Shown: one piece after another, positions 10,448-18,858 of the stretch | How the letters are laid out: each line of letters begins with the position of its first letter | How positions within the stretch are numbered: position 1 is the stretch's first letter | Assembly: GCA_963932905.1 (NCBI GenBank) | Contig: CAWVRN010000003.1 | Location: 1-64,000, forward strand | Source of the DNA: an uncultured Bdellovibrio sp. | GTDB lineage: Bacteria; Bdellovibrionota; Bdellovibrionia; Bdellovibrionales; Bdellovibrionaceae | Length of the DNA: 64,000 nucleotides | Reading direction: 5' to 3' | Notes under the pieces: generated by a model | Databases searched by the model: none | What the model was told of the DNA's origin: nothing | What the model saw: only the letters and a program-made list of their open reading frames with translations | Program-made: the position numbers and the translations under genes

Positions 10448-11944
10448 TTAAAAATTAACGGCAAATCCAAGCGACCCAGTGCTTTTAGATTCTTCTTTGC
10501 CGGCTTTAATGGATTCGACGCCCAAAATAATATCAAAATTAACCTTTGCCCCAACTGGAAAAAATCGAGTCCCAATATAAAGGTTAAACAATGAAGCACT
10601 GGTTGAAACGGCGTTATCACTGGCACTCGATAGCAATCCCGTCCGCGCGCCAATAAGCCATTCATTATTCCAATTTTCACGACCAGGGTAATTCCCCTCA
10701 CCACCGATAGACATACGACTGTATTTGACCGTTTCGTTCGTATCTTTAATTTTATGGTCCTGCCCACCCAAGTGTACAGATAACCGCCAGCGTCCTTTGA
10801 GCGCTTCCGTCGATGGCGACAACAAAAAGAATTCACCCAGAGTGGTGTTTTCTTCGTTATCTTTTGTAGCAGGTCGTGAGGCTAGCAATAGGCCAAATAA
10901 AAACTGAGGCTGCGCACCTTTCGCACGGACGGAAGGGAAAGATCGTTTTTCCCACGTTAAACTCTGTTCTTCGATTGCTTGCATTTGATTTTCAACGATT
11001 TCAATTTGCCCGTGACCGATTTGCGTTTCGCTAGTCAATGTCACGTCGTAATCTCCACGCGGAACGCTAAGAATCTTTTCTTCGCCTTTATTTTTATAGA
11101 ATTTAAAAAAGTTAATTCCTTTAGAGGACGCTAGAGTCAACTCACCTTGCGATTCTTTACTGAGCTGAATTTGCCCATTCACTCGCGCCGGGTAGGAAAC
11201 TACCAAAGCCCCCTGTCCTGATAACTGCGAATGAAATTCGGGACTCTGCACCCGACCGCCGGACACTGTGCTTTGAAATTTGGTTTGCGCGTAGACGTAA
11301 TTATACAGTTCATCGATCGTGACCAGTCCGTCGTTATTGGAATCGGCCTGGCCGTATAGACCTGTCACTAAATGGTAAGTAAAAATACTGCCTTTTAGTT
11401 TCTCGCTTTCATACGACAATTCGTTTCCAGAACTCGACGTTAAGATCACACTACCTGTTGGTTCATCCACGTTATACTGAACAAGCTCGATGGGCTTAGA
11501 TCTTTGAACTCCCTTTGCTTTCAGCGCACCCGAAAAACAACTATCCAAGATGACGATTTTTAGTTTTGACTTCATTCCACCAAGTAATTCATGAAACTTA
11601 GATTTAGTAATAGATCCATCACGCAAGTGAAGTCCATTTTCATTTGAATGGCCCGAAAAATAGAACATAAACTTCTGTGTCGTTTTTTTACTAAGAAGAC
11701 TCACAGTCTTATCAAACTCTTCCATGCTGGGGTTTTTTAAACTTGTGATGTTTTGCGCATCGACTTTTCCGGCAACTGTTAATGCCCGAAATAATCGCTG
11801 TGCATCCATCGAGGCGTAATCCAATTTTTTCTCGCTAGCGATTGTAGAATCTTCTGCACTCACAATCAAAACCTGCAAATCGTTCTTTTCTTGTGCGTAA
11901 ACATAGGGAGTTAGCCACAGTAGAAATAAAATCAATGATTTCAT
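10448..11944 (-). CDS. Secreted caspase-family (C14) protease with probable C-terminal beta-barrel
   Basis: Signal peptide; YFSGH (H99) and ILDSCFSG (C136); FT..LV.GL.G.AD.N.DG.VT..EL..YV; amphipathic beta-strand C-terminus ending LGFAVNF. Confidence 0.88.
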   Translation of the reverse strand: MKSLILFLLWLTPYVYAQEKNDLQVLIVSAEDSTIASEKKLDYASMDAQRLFRALTVAGKVDAQNITSLKNPSMEEFDKTVSLLSKKTTQKFMFYFSGHSNENGLHLRDGSITKSKFHELLGGMKSKLKIVILDSCFSGALKAKGVQRSKPIELVQYNVDEPTGSVILTSSSGNELSYESEKLKGSIFTYHLVTGLYGQADSNNDGLVTIDELYNYVYAQTKFQSTVSGGRVQSPEFHSQLSGQGALVVSYPARVNGQIQLSKESQGELTLASSKGINFFKFYKNKGEEKILSVPRGDYDVTLTSETQIGHGQIEIVENQMQAIEEQSLTWEKRSFPSVRAKGAQPQFLFGLLLASRPATKDNEENTTLGEFFLLSPSTEALKGRWRLSVHLGGQDHKIKDTNETVKYSRMSIGGEGNYPGRENWNNEWLIGARTGLLSSASDNAVSTSASLFNLYIGTRFFPVGAKVNFDIILGVESIKAGKEESKSTGSLGFAVNF

Positions 11945-12618
11945 GGAGCCTTCCTTAAACGAAACCCCGCATAAATACAGTCTTGAGCTTTCTTGTTTTT
12001 CCCATGGACGACATCGGTTATGAATTCACGATCTAGAACTAACTGACGACCCGTGTTTTCCATGTTTGGATTGGGACACACGATCACAATCAAGTGTTCC
12101 CCTTGGTTAGGTGCGGTCAGTTGAAAACTAGAGTCAAAACTTGCGGACACGCCGGCTTTCACGTTCAGTTTTCCTGACTCGATATCTTTTACGTCATCTA
12201 AAACTTTAAAATCTTTATCTGCCACAGTCCAGTAGGCAACCGAGTCTTGATCTGCAATAATCTTAACGCCGACCTTGTCACCATCCACAAGTTCGCTGGA
12301 TTCGGTGAACGGGCTGACGGTTTCATTGCGTTGCCAGTAGACACTGATTTGTGTTGATCCTTTGGCCGTGAACGTATCGTCGGATTGCCTTGGCAACACC
12401 AATACTAATGCTAACGATGCTATCGTTAATGCGGACAAACCGAAATACCATTGCTCTTTTATTTTGGCCCAGTGTGATTCCCGTTTTTTCGAAAGCCGCA
12501 ATGGTGGTAATTCCAATTTATTTATTTTATTCCACTCCTTGCGTTCAGCCTCATTCAACTGCGATGGATCTTCGGTGATAATACGCAAGTGTTTGGAAAA
12601 CAGCGATTGATCAGACAT
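11941..12618 (-). CDS. Single-pass putative anti-sigma factor with periplasmic DUF4384-like domain
   Basis: Overlaps both ECF sigma and caspase genes; short N-terminal domain, one TM, AKG, then L.DGD...V and SF.L....G.E.L.V pattern. Confidence 0.6.
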   Translation of the reverse strand: MSDQSLFSKHLRIITEDPSQLNEAERKEWNKINKLELPPLRLSKKRESHWAKIKEQWYFGLSALTIASLALVLVLPRQSDDTFTAKGSTQISVYWQRNETVSPFTESSELVDGDKVGVKIIADQDSVAYWTVADKDFKVLDDVKDIESGKLNVKAGVSASFDSSFQLTAPNQGEHLIVIVCPNPNMENTGRQLVLDREFITDVVHGKNKKAQDCIYAGFRLRKAP

Positions 12619-13129
12619 TTTGCTGCCTCCTTAATTTTTCTATTTTTTCATCAACCTTTTCTTGTAATCGATTAACCGTACGACGCGATATTTGCATCAC
12701 CTCGGCGACTTCGTCTTGAGTCAGTCCTTCCAAATTACGATACACAAATACCGCAGCCTCATCCGCATCAAATGAATGTGCTATTTTTTTCCATAATTCG
12801 TGAGCCTGAGCATTCGATTCCAAGTCCGTAGTTTCCGACATCACCGATTCCGCGCGGGCTTCATCCAATTCCAGGTGTGAATTGTTGTGATTACGGATCG
12901 AATCAATGGCTGAATTCGTGCAACATTTATAAACCCAGGCGTACGCCCGTTTCAAATCGGGAAATACCATTTTGGTTTGCCACATTTTGGTAAACACATC
13001 TTGCACTATTTCTTCGGCGATGGATCGGCTGACTAAATTTATGGTTTTAGCCAAAGCAGGTCCACCCAGTTTTGCATAAAGCATTTGAACTGTCCTCTCA
13101 TCACTGCAATCAATATTTGTTTCCTGCAA
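12611..13129 (-). CDS. ECF RNA polymerase sigma factor
   Basis: AEEIVQDVF, AWVY...TN.AID..R, region-4 HTH EGLTQDEVAEVMQISRRTV. Confidence 0.9.
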   Translation of the reverse strand: MQETNIDCSDERTVQMLYAKLGGPALAKTINLVSRSIAEEIVQDVFTKMWQTKMVFPDLKRAYAWVYKCCTNSAIDSIRNHNNSHLELDEARAESVMSETTDLESNAQAHELWKKIAHSFDADEAAVFVYRNLEGLTQDEVAEVMQISRRTVNRLQEKVDEKIEKLRRQQNV

Positions 13130-13197
13130 ACTTATACGCGCCTCACTCGATTAGCTTATAAGATAGCGATAATTTGTACACATTTCCTTCATCTATT

Positions 13198-13228
13198 AAA
13201 CGTTTGGTCCAGGCGTTTTGTGCCAAAA
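13198..13228 (-). promoter_or_regulatory. Putative ECF promoter TTTTGGCAC-N17-CGTTT for the sigma/anti-sigma/caspase operon
   Basis: Minus strand reads TTTTGGCAC aaaacgcctggaccaaa CGTTT; same boxes and spacing as the divergent copy. Confidence 0.6.
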
Positions 13229-13280
13229 AAAACACAAGTTTTTTCACCAATCTTTTCAATAGGTTATAAATTTTAATTAT

Positions 13281-13311
13281 TTTTGGCACTTTTCTGCCGC
13301 CTGGCCCGTTT
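13281..13311 (+). promoter_or_regulatory. Putative ECF promoter TTTTGGCAC-N17-CGTTT for the lipoprotein
   Basis: TTTTGGCAC ttttctgccgcctggcc CGTTT, then AGGAGG RBS and ATG 13334. Confidence 0.6.
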
Positions 13312-13333
13312 GTCTAATACAGGAGGAACTTTT

Positions 13334-14506
13334 ATGTTCTCAAAAAAAACGAAAACGATGTTACTAGTTGCTATAATTTCTCTACTGCACGTCGCTTGCG
13401 CTCCTAACAAAAATGACTCAAATGAAAACGATCCAGCTATCGAAGCTATGTCTAGCCAGTTAAAATCTATGGGTGATGAATTTCTGCCAGCATCTATATA
13501 TGACGATGGCCGCGCGTCTTCGTCTTCAAAAATTTCGGCTAATAAATTATCGACAAACACAAACCATCAACATGACGATATCTGTGCTGGTGTGGATTTC
13601 ATCGAATGCCAGCCTAGACTTATCCGCGCTTACCTACAAATGGGACGCGAAGGTGTTTACACAACTCAAAAAATCGTATCCGATGTAGCTCGCAGTTTAT
13701 CAGGAGTCGGCAATAATACGAGCGGCGAGTTCCGCAGTAACGAGAACGGTTATTCTATTTCGTACAATAAACGTTCATCAACTGATTTTGATTTCTTGAT
13801 CTTAGAAAACAATATATCGATCGGCCGCGTATCCGCACAAAACGGAAACTACAATGTGCAATTCGACTTAAACGTTATCGATAAAAACAAAGCCGATTCT
13901 AATGGTGGTAAAGTTGATATCCAAGTTAAGCTAACGGATAGCACCCATTGGCAGTCTCAAATTACGTTCTCGGGATTAAAATGTAACGTGAACAAACCTG
14001 ATGACCCAGAAACAGCTCGTATCTATGTCGTTAGAAATGGTGACATCTGGAATGCTCAATCTAGTTTTTACAATGGTATCGGCGCGCAGTACAACGCAAC
14101 CAAATCATGTTCAACTCCTGCTAGCGATGTCACAGGTGTAGTGATTTACACAAATCTAGTTGCCGATCGCACAGCAGCTAAAGCGGCGATGTACTTACTG
14201 CGCAGAAACGAACAAAGCGTAGCAAACTTACAAAACTTCGGTATCAACAACTACTGCCAAAACTACCCTGACTTGTGCCAATCTTTAGCCACAGCATCAG
14301 GTCAATCTACGGCTGCCGTTGCCACTTACTTAGGCGCACTACAAAATCCATACTGCGTACACAGAGGCAACGCACAAGTGTTCTTTAACTCTGACTGTTC
14401 AAATGTTTCAGCAGCGGTGGCACAAGCACCACTGTTAGCCAACACGACCTTCTTATCGCCTTATGAGTTTTATCGATTGAATATCTCGATTCCTAATCAA
14501 TTATAA
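13334..14506 (+). CDS. Cys-rich lipoprotein of unknown function
   Basis: AGGAGG RBS; lipobox HVAC; multiple Cys; followed by terminator. Confidence 0.8.
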   Translation: MFSKKTKTMLLVAIISLLHVACAPNKNDSNENDPAIEAMSSQLKSMGDEFLPASIYDDGRASSSSKISANKLSTNTNHQHDDICAGVDFIECQPRLIRAYLQMGREGVYTTQKIVSDVARSLSGVGNNTSGEFRSNENGYSISYNKRSSTDFDFLILENNISIGRVSAQNGNYNVQFDLNVIDKNKADSNGGKVDIQVKLTDSTHWQSQITFSGLKCNVNKPDDPETARIYVVRNGDIWNAQSSFYNGIGAQYNATKSCSTPASDVTGVVIYTNLVADRTAAKAAMYLLRRNEQSVANLQNFGINNYCQNYPDLCQSLATASGQSTAAVATYLGALQNPYCVHRGNAQVFFNSDCSNVSAAVAQAPLLANTTFLSPYEFYRLNISIPNQL

Positions 14507-14531
14507 TATAGATCCAAATACAATCTTGATG

Positions 14532-14559
14532 AAAGGGAGCTATGTTAGCTCCCTTTTTT
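14532..14559 (+). terminator. Rho-independent terminator
   Basis: AAAGGGAGCTA-tgt-TAGCTCCCTTT followed by T-run. Confidence 0.9.
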
Positions 14560-14597
14560 ATTTGAACGCGACTCTCACCCCGTGCTAGCGTAGTTTC

Positions 14598-15122
14598 ATG
14601 GATGCACATTATCACAAAGTTATGAAGGCTCGCGAAGGAATCACGGACAAAGGCTCTCGACTCTATTTTGCATATTCAGGCATTTTAGATCGCGAAGCTT
14701 TTGATCAATGGCTTGAAGAACACAGCTATCAATTTTTTCAATTACCTGAAGGCCAAGTGGCCGAAGCTAAGGGTATTGATTTAATTTTTGATTTCCCATC
14801 ACGCTGGTGGGGCGGCCGTGTGGCTGGTCTTGTAGATAAAAATGGCGCCTCTGTGTTTGGTCGCCTATTTGAAATCCCCGCAGTGAACTGGCCAGTGGTT
14901 CAGCACAAAGAAGGCGTCGTCACTGGAATGTCGATCGAACGCACTGTTAAAGTGACAGTCGATGGCAAAGAATTCGAAGCAACCGCATTTGTGACATCTC
15001 CCGATCGTGCCAGCACCGATGGCCCAATCAGCCAGCGTTATATCGAGGCCCTAATCAGCGGAGCAAAACAAGCGCAACTACCAGAAAACTACATTTCAAG
15101 CTTGCGATCAAAAGCCGTCTAG
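14598..15122 (+). CDS. Gamma-glutamylcyclotransferase family protein
   Basis: LYFAYS..L, V.G.L.EI, ..KEG, PIS.RY...L..GA....LP..Y. Confidence 0.8.
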   Translation: MDAHYHKVMKAREGITDKGSRLYFAYSGILDREAFDQWLEEHSYQFFQLPEGQVAEAKGIDLIFDFPSRWWGGRVAGLVDKNGASVFGRLFEIPAVNWPVVQHKEGVVTGMSIERTVKVTVDGKEFEATAFVTSPDRASTDGPISQRYIEALISGAKQAQLPENYISSLRSKAV

Positions 15123-15166
15123 CCACGGCTTGCCATTTTTTACACCAGTGAATTAACAATTTGATG

Positions 15167-15195
15167 TAGAAACATTTATATAATAATTGTTTCTA
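15167..15195. promoter_or_regulatory. Palindromic operator TAGAAACA-N13-TGTTTCTA abutting lysR start
   Basis: Perfect 8-bp inverted repeat 2 nt before the ATG; core repeated at 17394-17418. Confidence 0.55.
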
Positions 15196-15197
15196 TT

Positions 15198-16070
15198 ATG
15201 GAAATATTTGAATTACGGTATTTTATAGCGGTGGCACAGAACGAAAACATTCATCGTGCATCTGAAGTATTGAATGTATCACCAGGATCGCTGAGTAAAG
15301 CTATTTCTCGCCTAGAAGACGAATTATCAGTTTCGTTGTTTTACAGACAAGGTCGCAACATCCGCCTGACCCCTGAAGGTATTGCCTTAAAAAAGCGCGC
15401 TACCCAAATAGTACAGCTCGAAGAAGACGCTAAGATTGAACTCAGCGGCGAAAAAGGCAGTCTTAACGTGGTCATATCTGCTGAAGAAATTTTGCAGACT
15501 CAATTTGGGGTCAATTTGTCGGAGGCAATCAACAAAACCTATTCAGCATCACGCATACAATTTCTAACTCGTTCGGAAGATAAAGTGATTCAACAAGTTT
15601 TAGATGGAGAAGCTCACTTCGGTATTCTTACGGGCGAAGTACCTCAAGGTTTGAAATCAAAGACTCTATCCAAAGTGGAATTCAAAACATGCGCTTCAAA
15701 CAAGCATCCTTTGTTTAAAAAATTCTCGCAAAACGCGAAGATCCCAGTGGGAGATATTTTAAAACATGCGTTTGTATCACCAGATTCAGCTATGTTAGGA
15801 AAAATTACAACTATGGCGTCTTTGGACGGTTGGCGCGACGACAAATTTCCACGGCAAATAAAATATCGAGCCTGTGGACTAAAGATTATGGAACAGTTGA
15901 TATTAAGAGGCCAGGCACTGGCCTACCTTCCTGACTACTATGTCAATGAGTTAAATTTGATTTCGCTGAACGTGTCCGGCTGCCCATACAGCTGCCATCA
16001 AACTGTAAAATTAATTTGCAGAGACCCCGATGCTTTAGGTTGGATGAATCATGTTTGGAGCCAAATTTAA
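15198..16070 (+). CDS. LysR family transcriptional regulator
   Basis: LRYF.AVA......AS..L.VS..SLS..I..LE.EL...LF.R.GR...LT..G. Confidence 0.95.
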   Translation: MEIFELRYFIAVAQNENIHRASEVLNVSPGSLSKAISRLEDELSVSLFYRQGRNIRLTPEGIALKKRATQIVQLEEDAKIELSGEKGSLNVVISAEEILQTQFGVNLSEAINKTYSASRIQFLTRSEDKVIQQVLDGEAHFGILTGEVPQGLKSKTLSKVEFKTCASNKHPLFKKFSQNAKIPVGDILKHAFVSPDSAMLGKITTMASLDGWRDDKFPRQIKYRACGLKIMEQLILRGQALAYLPDYYVNELNLISLNVSGCPYSCHQTVKLICRDPDALGWMNHVWSQI

Positions 16071-17059
16071 CTTACACCGGTGATCGATGCGCTTAGAATT
16101 TCCTGAACTAACGATTGAATTTTAGTTTGGTATAATTCTGGTGTCTGCTGAATATCGGCGGTTCTTGATAAGTCGATAATGGTTTGAAAACTTTTGGGAA
16201 ATTCCGTTAACAGTGTCGGCTGATTTGGCGCGATCTCATTTTTACCTAGCCTAGCGATCAGTTCTTCCAAGACAGCCATGTGACTTAAAGAACTGTAGCT
16301 AGGTGGCTGAGCCAAATCATCCAGCACCACCCCCAAAGTATATGGCAAAATCAAAGAGGCAATCGTGGGCTTCTGGGTATTTTTAAAGTAGCTATGAATA
16401 GAATGATACACTCGATCTGCCAGTGTTTTTAACAGAGGCCAGTGAGATTGATCAATTCCGGCTATGTGGGCAATTAAATCATGGGTCCCTAGGAAAGCGA
16501 TCTGACTATGACGAATTAAATCGGCAAATTTAATACTGTCATTATTTTCTATTTCCCAAAAATTGGTTTGGTAGTATCCCTTACTGGGATCAAACCCACC
16601 AAATATAGAATTCATACCCCACGTTTTTACTAGAACCAGATCAACACCGTGAGATTTAGCAATTCGATGAATGATGTCGGGAAAAACATACAATGAATGA
16701 AGAGTCCCGTCAGAATTAAATGATAATTCCGGGTGCACCACATCGTAGAACCCACTAGTTCTTAATGTTAATCGCCGACTTTCAGATGAATAAATTCTAA
16801 CGCCAAATAATCCACGCCATTCAACAAATTCGGCTTTGAACGAAGACTGGGTCACTGCATTTTTTGAATCGGCATCAAATACAAATCGAGCTAGTTCGTC
16901 ATTGACAGTACCTACTTCACGAGCCAAACCATAGCTCGCCACTTGTGAAGAAAAATACACATCGTCTGAAAACAAAGTGACTTCCGAATTAAGATTTTCA
17001 AATTTTCTTCGAAGGCGTGCCACCTCCTTCGAAGAAAACGAAACGACCGTTGGTTTCAC
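16067..17059 (-). CDS. Hypothetical protein (330 aa)
   Basis: Long ORF with GTG start 3 nt after upstream stop; THDLIAH and LDDL motifs. Confidence 0.7.
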   Translation of the reverse strand: MKPTVVSFSSKEVARLRRKFENLNSEVTLFSDDVYFSSQVASYGLAREVGTVNDELARFVFDADSKNAVTQSSFKAEFVEWRGLFGVRIYSSESRRLTLRTSGFYDVVHPELSFNSDGTLHSLYVFPDIIHRIAKSHGVDLVLVKTWGMNSIFGGFDPSKGYYQTNFWEIENNDSIKFADLIRHSQIAFLGTHDLIAHIAGIDQSHWPLLKTLADRVYHSIHSYFKNTQKPTIASLILPYTLGVVLDDLAQPPSYSSLSHMAVLEELIARLGKNEIAPNQPTLLTEFPKSFQTIIDLSRTADIQQTPELYQTKIQSLVQEILSASITGVS

Positions 17060-17062
17060 AGA

Positions 17063-17320
17063 CTAGACTTTAAATTCAGAATAAATTTTAGCGGCAGCGG
17101 AACTGATGGACGTGTCCGATAATTCCACAGGACTAGCATTAAAGCCACGTGCTTTGCACGATGCCGCCACCTTTAACCATGATCCTTCGATAGATTTTAA
17201 CGAAGCGACATTGAATTTAGCCACGTTTTCTTTGTGCTGGATCGCTGGCGCTTGCGCGTGTGCGATCATCGGACTAGCTGCCACGACAAGATTAGCGACC
17301 CCCATAATAACTTTGAACAT
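17063..17320 (-). CDS. Small secreted hypothetical protein
   Basis: AAGGAG RBS; signal-like N-terminus ending AHA. Confidence 0.6.
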   Translation of the reverse strand: MFKVIMGVANLVVAASPMIAHAQAPAIQHKENVAKFNVASLKSIEGSWLKVAASCKARGFNASPVELSDTSISSAAAKIYSEFKV

Positions 17321-17393
17321 ACTGACTCCTTTTAATCAAAACCACGATAGTGTGGATTGAACCTAACTTGCCATAAGTTATTCATACTTAAAA

Positions 17394-17431
17394 GAAACAT
17401 ATATTCACCATGTGTTTCGAATTACGAAACA
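17394..17431. promoter_or_regulatory. Operator GAAACA-N13-TGTTTC with overlapping TGTTTCG-N5-CGAAACA repeat
   Basis: Same core as the site at the lysR start; contains T-N11-A (TTCGAATTACGAA). Confidence 0.5.
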
Positions 17432-17577
17432 ATAGGTATATCATTATGGCCGCGCTACCGCTGCTTTATTAGGCAGGCGGGTTCCACGCTTGCCTTTCAC
17501 ATATCCAAAATCAAAATAATAACATAGACCTAAACCAAAATTAGCGATATTCATTTCACCTACAAAGCAGGTGTGAA

Positions 17578-17961
17578 ATGGATACAAACGTTGCGGTTAT
17601 TTTAGATCCCGATTTTGGCCAGAAATTAAAGTTAATTCCCACGGACTATGCGATCTGGATCTGCCGATCTGATGCGAACGAACCTGTTGCCGATGAAATT
17701 TGGAAAAAAGCTCAAGAAAGATCTATCACTGTTTTCGATATCGATGAAGAAGATGATGCCGAAGAGGCATTTATTGACATGCTGACGGGTGTTGCTCTTC
17801 ATCACGAATGGATTAATATCGACGTCTACGGTGCCGAATTATCCAACGAAATGAAAATGGATGCTCGCGCCGAACTAGAAGCAGCATTTGATGACGAAAT
17901 ACCCAGTCTATCTTTTGAAAAAACGACGTTTGGCTTCAGAATTAAAAGAGAAAACGCTTAG
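17578..17961 (+). CDS. Small acidic hypothetical protein
   Basis: ORF with AGGTG RBS; D/E rich. Confidence 0.65.
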   Translation: MDTNVAVILDPDFGQKLKLIPTDYAIWICRSDANEPVADEIWKKAQERSITVFDIDEEDDAEEAFIDMLTGVALHHEWINIDVYGAELSNEMKMDARAELEAAFDDEIPSLSFEKTTFGFRIKRENA

Positions 17962-18045
17962 TTTTTCCGAAATTTCAATTGTGGCTCCATTTAGACAATA
18001 AAATAAAGATTGCGTAGCCTGAATTTGAACTTTAAATTTATATAA

Positions 18046-18858
18046 ATGCCATCACCCAAGTTGTCTTCCCATTTTACGTTAGTACCTTTGAAACAAGGTC
18101 GCACATTAATTGCCAGTTTTTCCATGGCCCCAAAACGGTCGCGTCGCTGGTTGGTATTTTTAACTGAATCCGCTGCTGATTTTCGTGAAGGTGATCGCAA
18201 AGAATTAGAAGGACTGGTCGGCAAACGCGTGGCCCGGCATTTTAATTTTTTAGTCATCAACAAACCAGGACTCAGTCCACATGGTACCGATCGTGATTTG
18301 TTTGAAAAATCATTTCGTCGTACTCGACGAATTGAAGATGCATTAAAGGCCATGAAGCTAGTGATTCCAAAAAATCATCAGATTCATTTAGTGGGCTACT
18401 CGGAGGGGGCGTATTTGGCTCCACAAGTCGCTAAACGTGACAAACGCGTAGCCACTGTTAGCATGATTGGCGGCGGAACACGCGGCTGGCTAAAGGAAGA
18501 ATACAATACGGCAGGATTGTCGGAGCGTAAGGAATATTTAAATAAAATCAAAGATATCTATCGAAATCCCCGCTCGTTAGAAAAATGGAATGGATTTTCG
18601 TATGCAACGTGGTTTTCCTATCGGGGTGACAATACATTACAAGCATTACGTAATTTAAAACGCCCTACCTTAGCTATCTTGGGTGCCCGCGATCGAGTTA
18701 TCGATTTAAGATCGACTATCGTCGACATGGTATTAATCAGTGAAAAACAGCCGGTGCACATTCACGTATTTGGTGATTGTGGACACTATTTTTCCAAGCA
18801 TTGGTCGCAGGTTGAATTGGTATTGGGACGTTTTCTAACTGATAACGTTTTATCGTAA
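18046..18858 (+). CDS. Alpha/beta-fold hydrolase
   Basis: GYSEG nucleophile elbow, G.RD, GH. Confidence 0.85.
   Translation: MPSPKLSSHFTLVPLKQGRTLIASFSMAPKRSRRWLVFLTESAADFREGDRKELEGLVGKRVARHFNFLVINKPGLSPHGTDRDLFEKSFRRTRRIEDALKAMKLVIPKNHQIHLVGYSEGAYLAPQVAKRDKRVATVSMIGGGTRGWLKEEYNTAGLSERKEYLNKIKDIYRNPRSLEKWNGFSYATWFSYRGDNTLQALRNLKRPTLAILGARDRVIDLRSTIVDMVLISEKQPVHIHVFGDCGHYFSKHWSQVELVLGRFLTDNVLS

Noticed and set aside
13284..13297. TGGCAC...TGC as a sigma54 promoter
   Set aside because: GG-to-GC spacing is 9 rather than 10; the paired ECF-type motif explains it better
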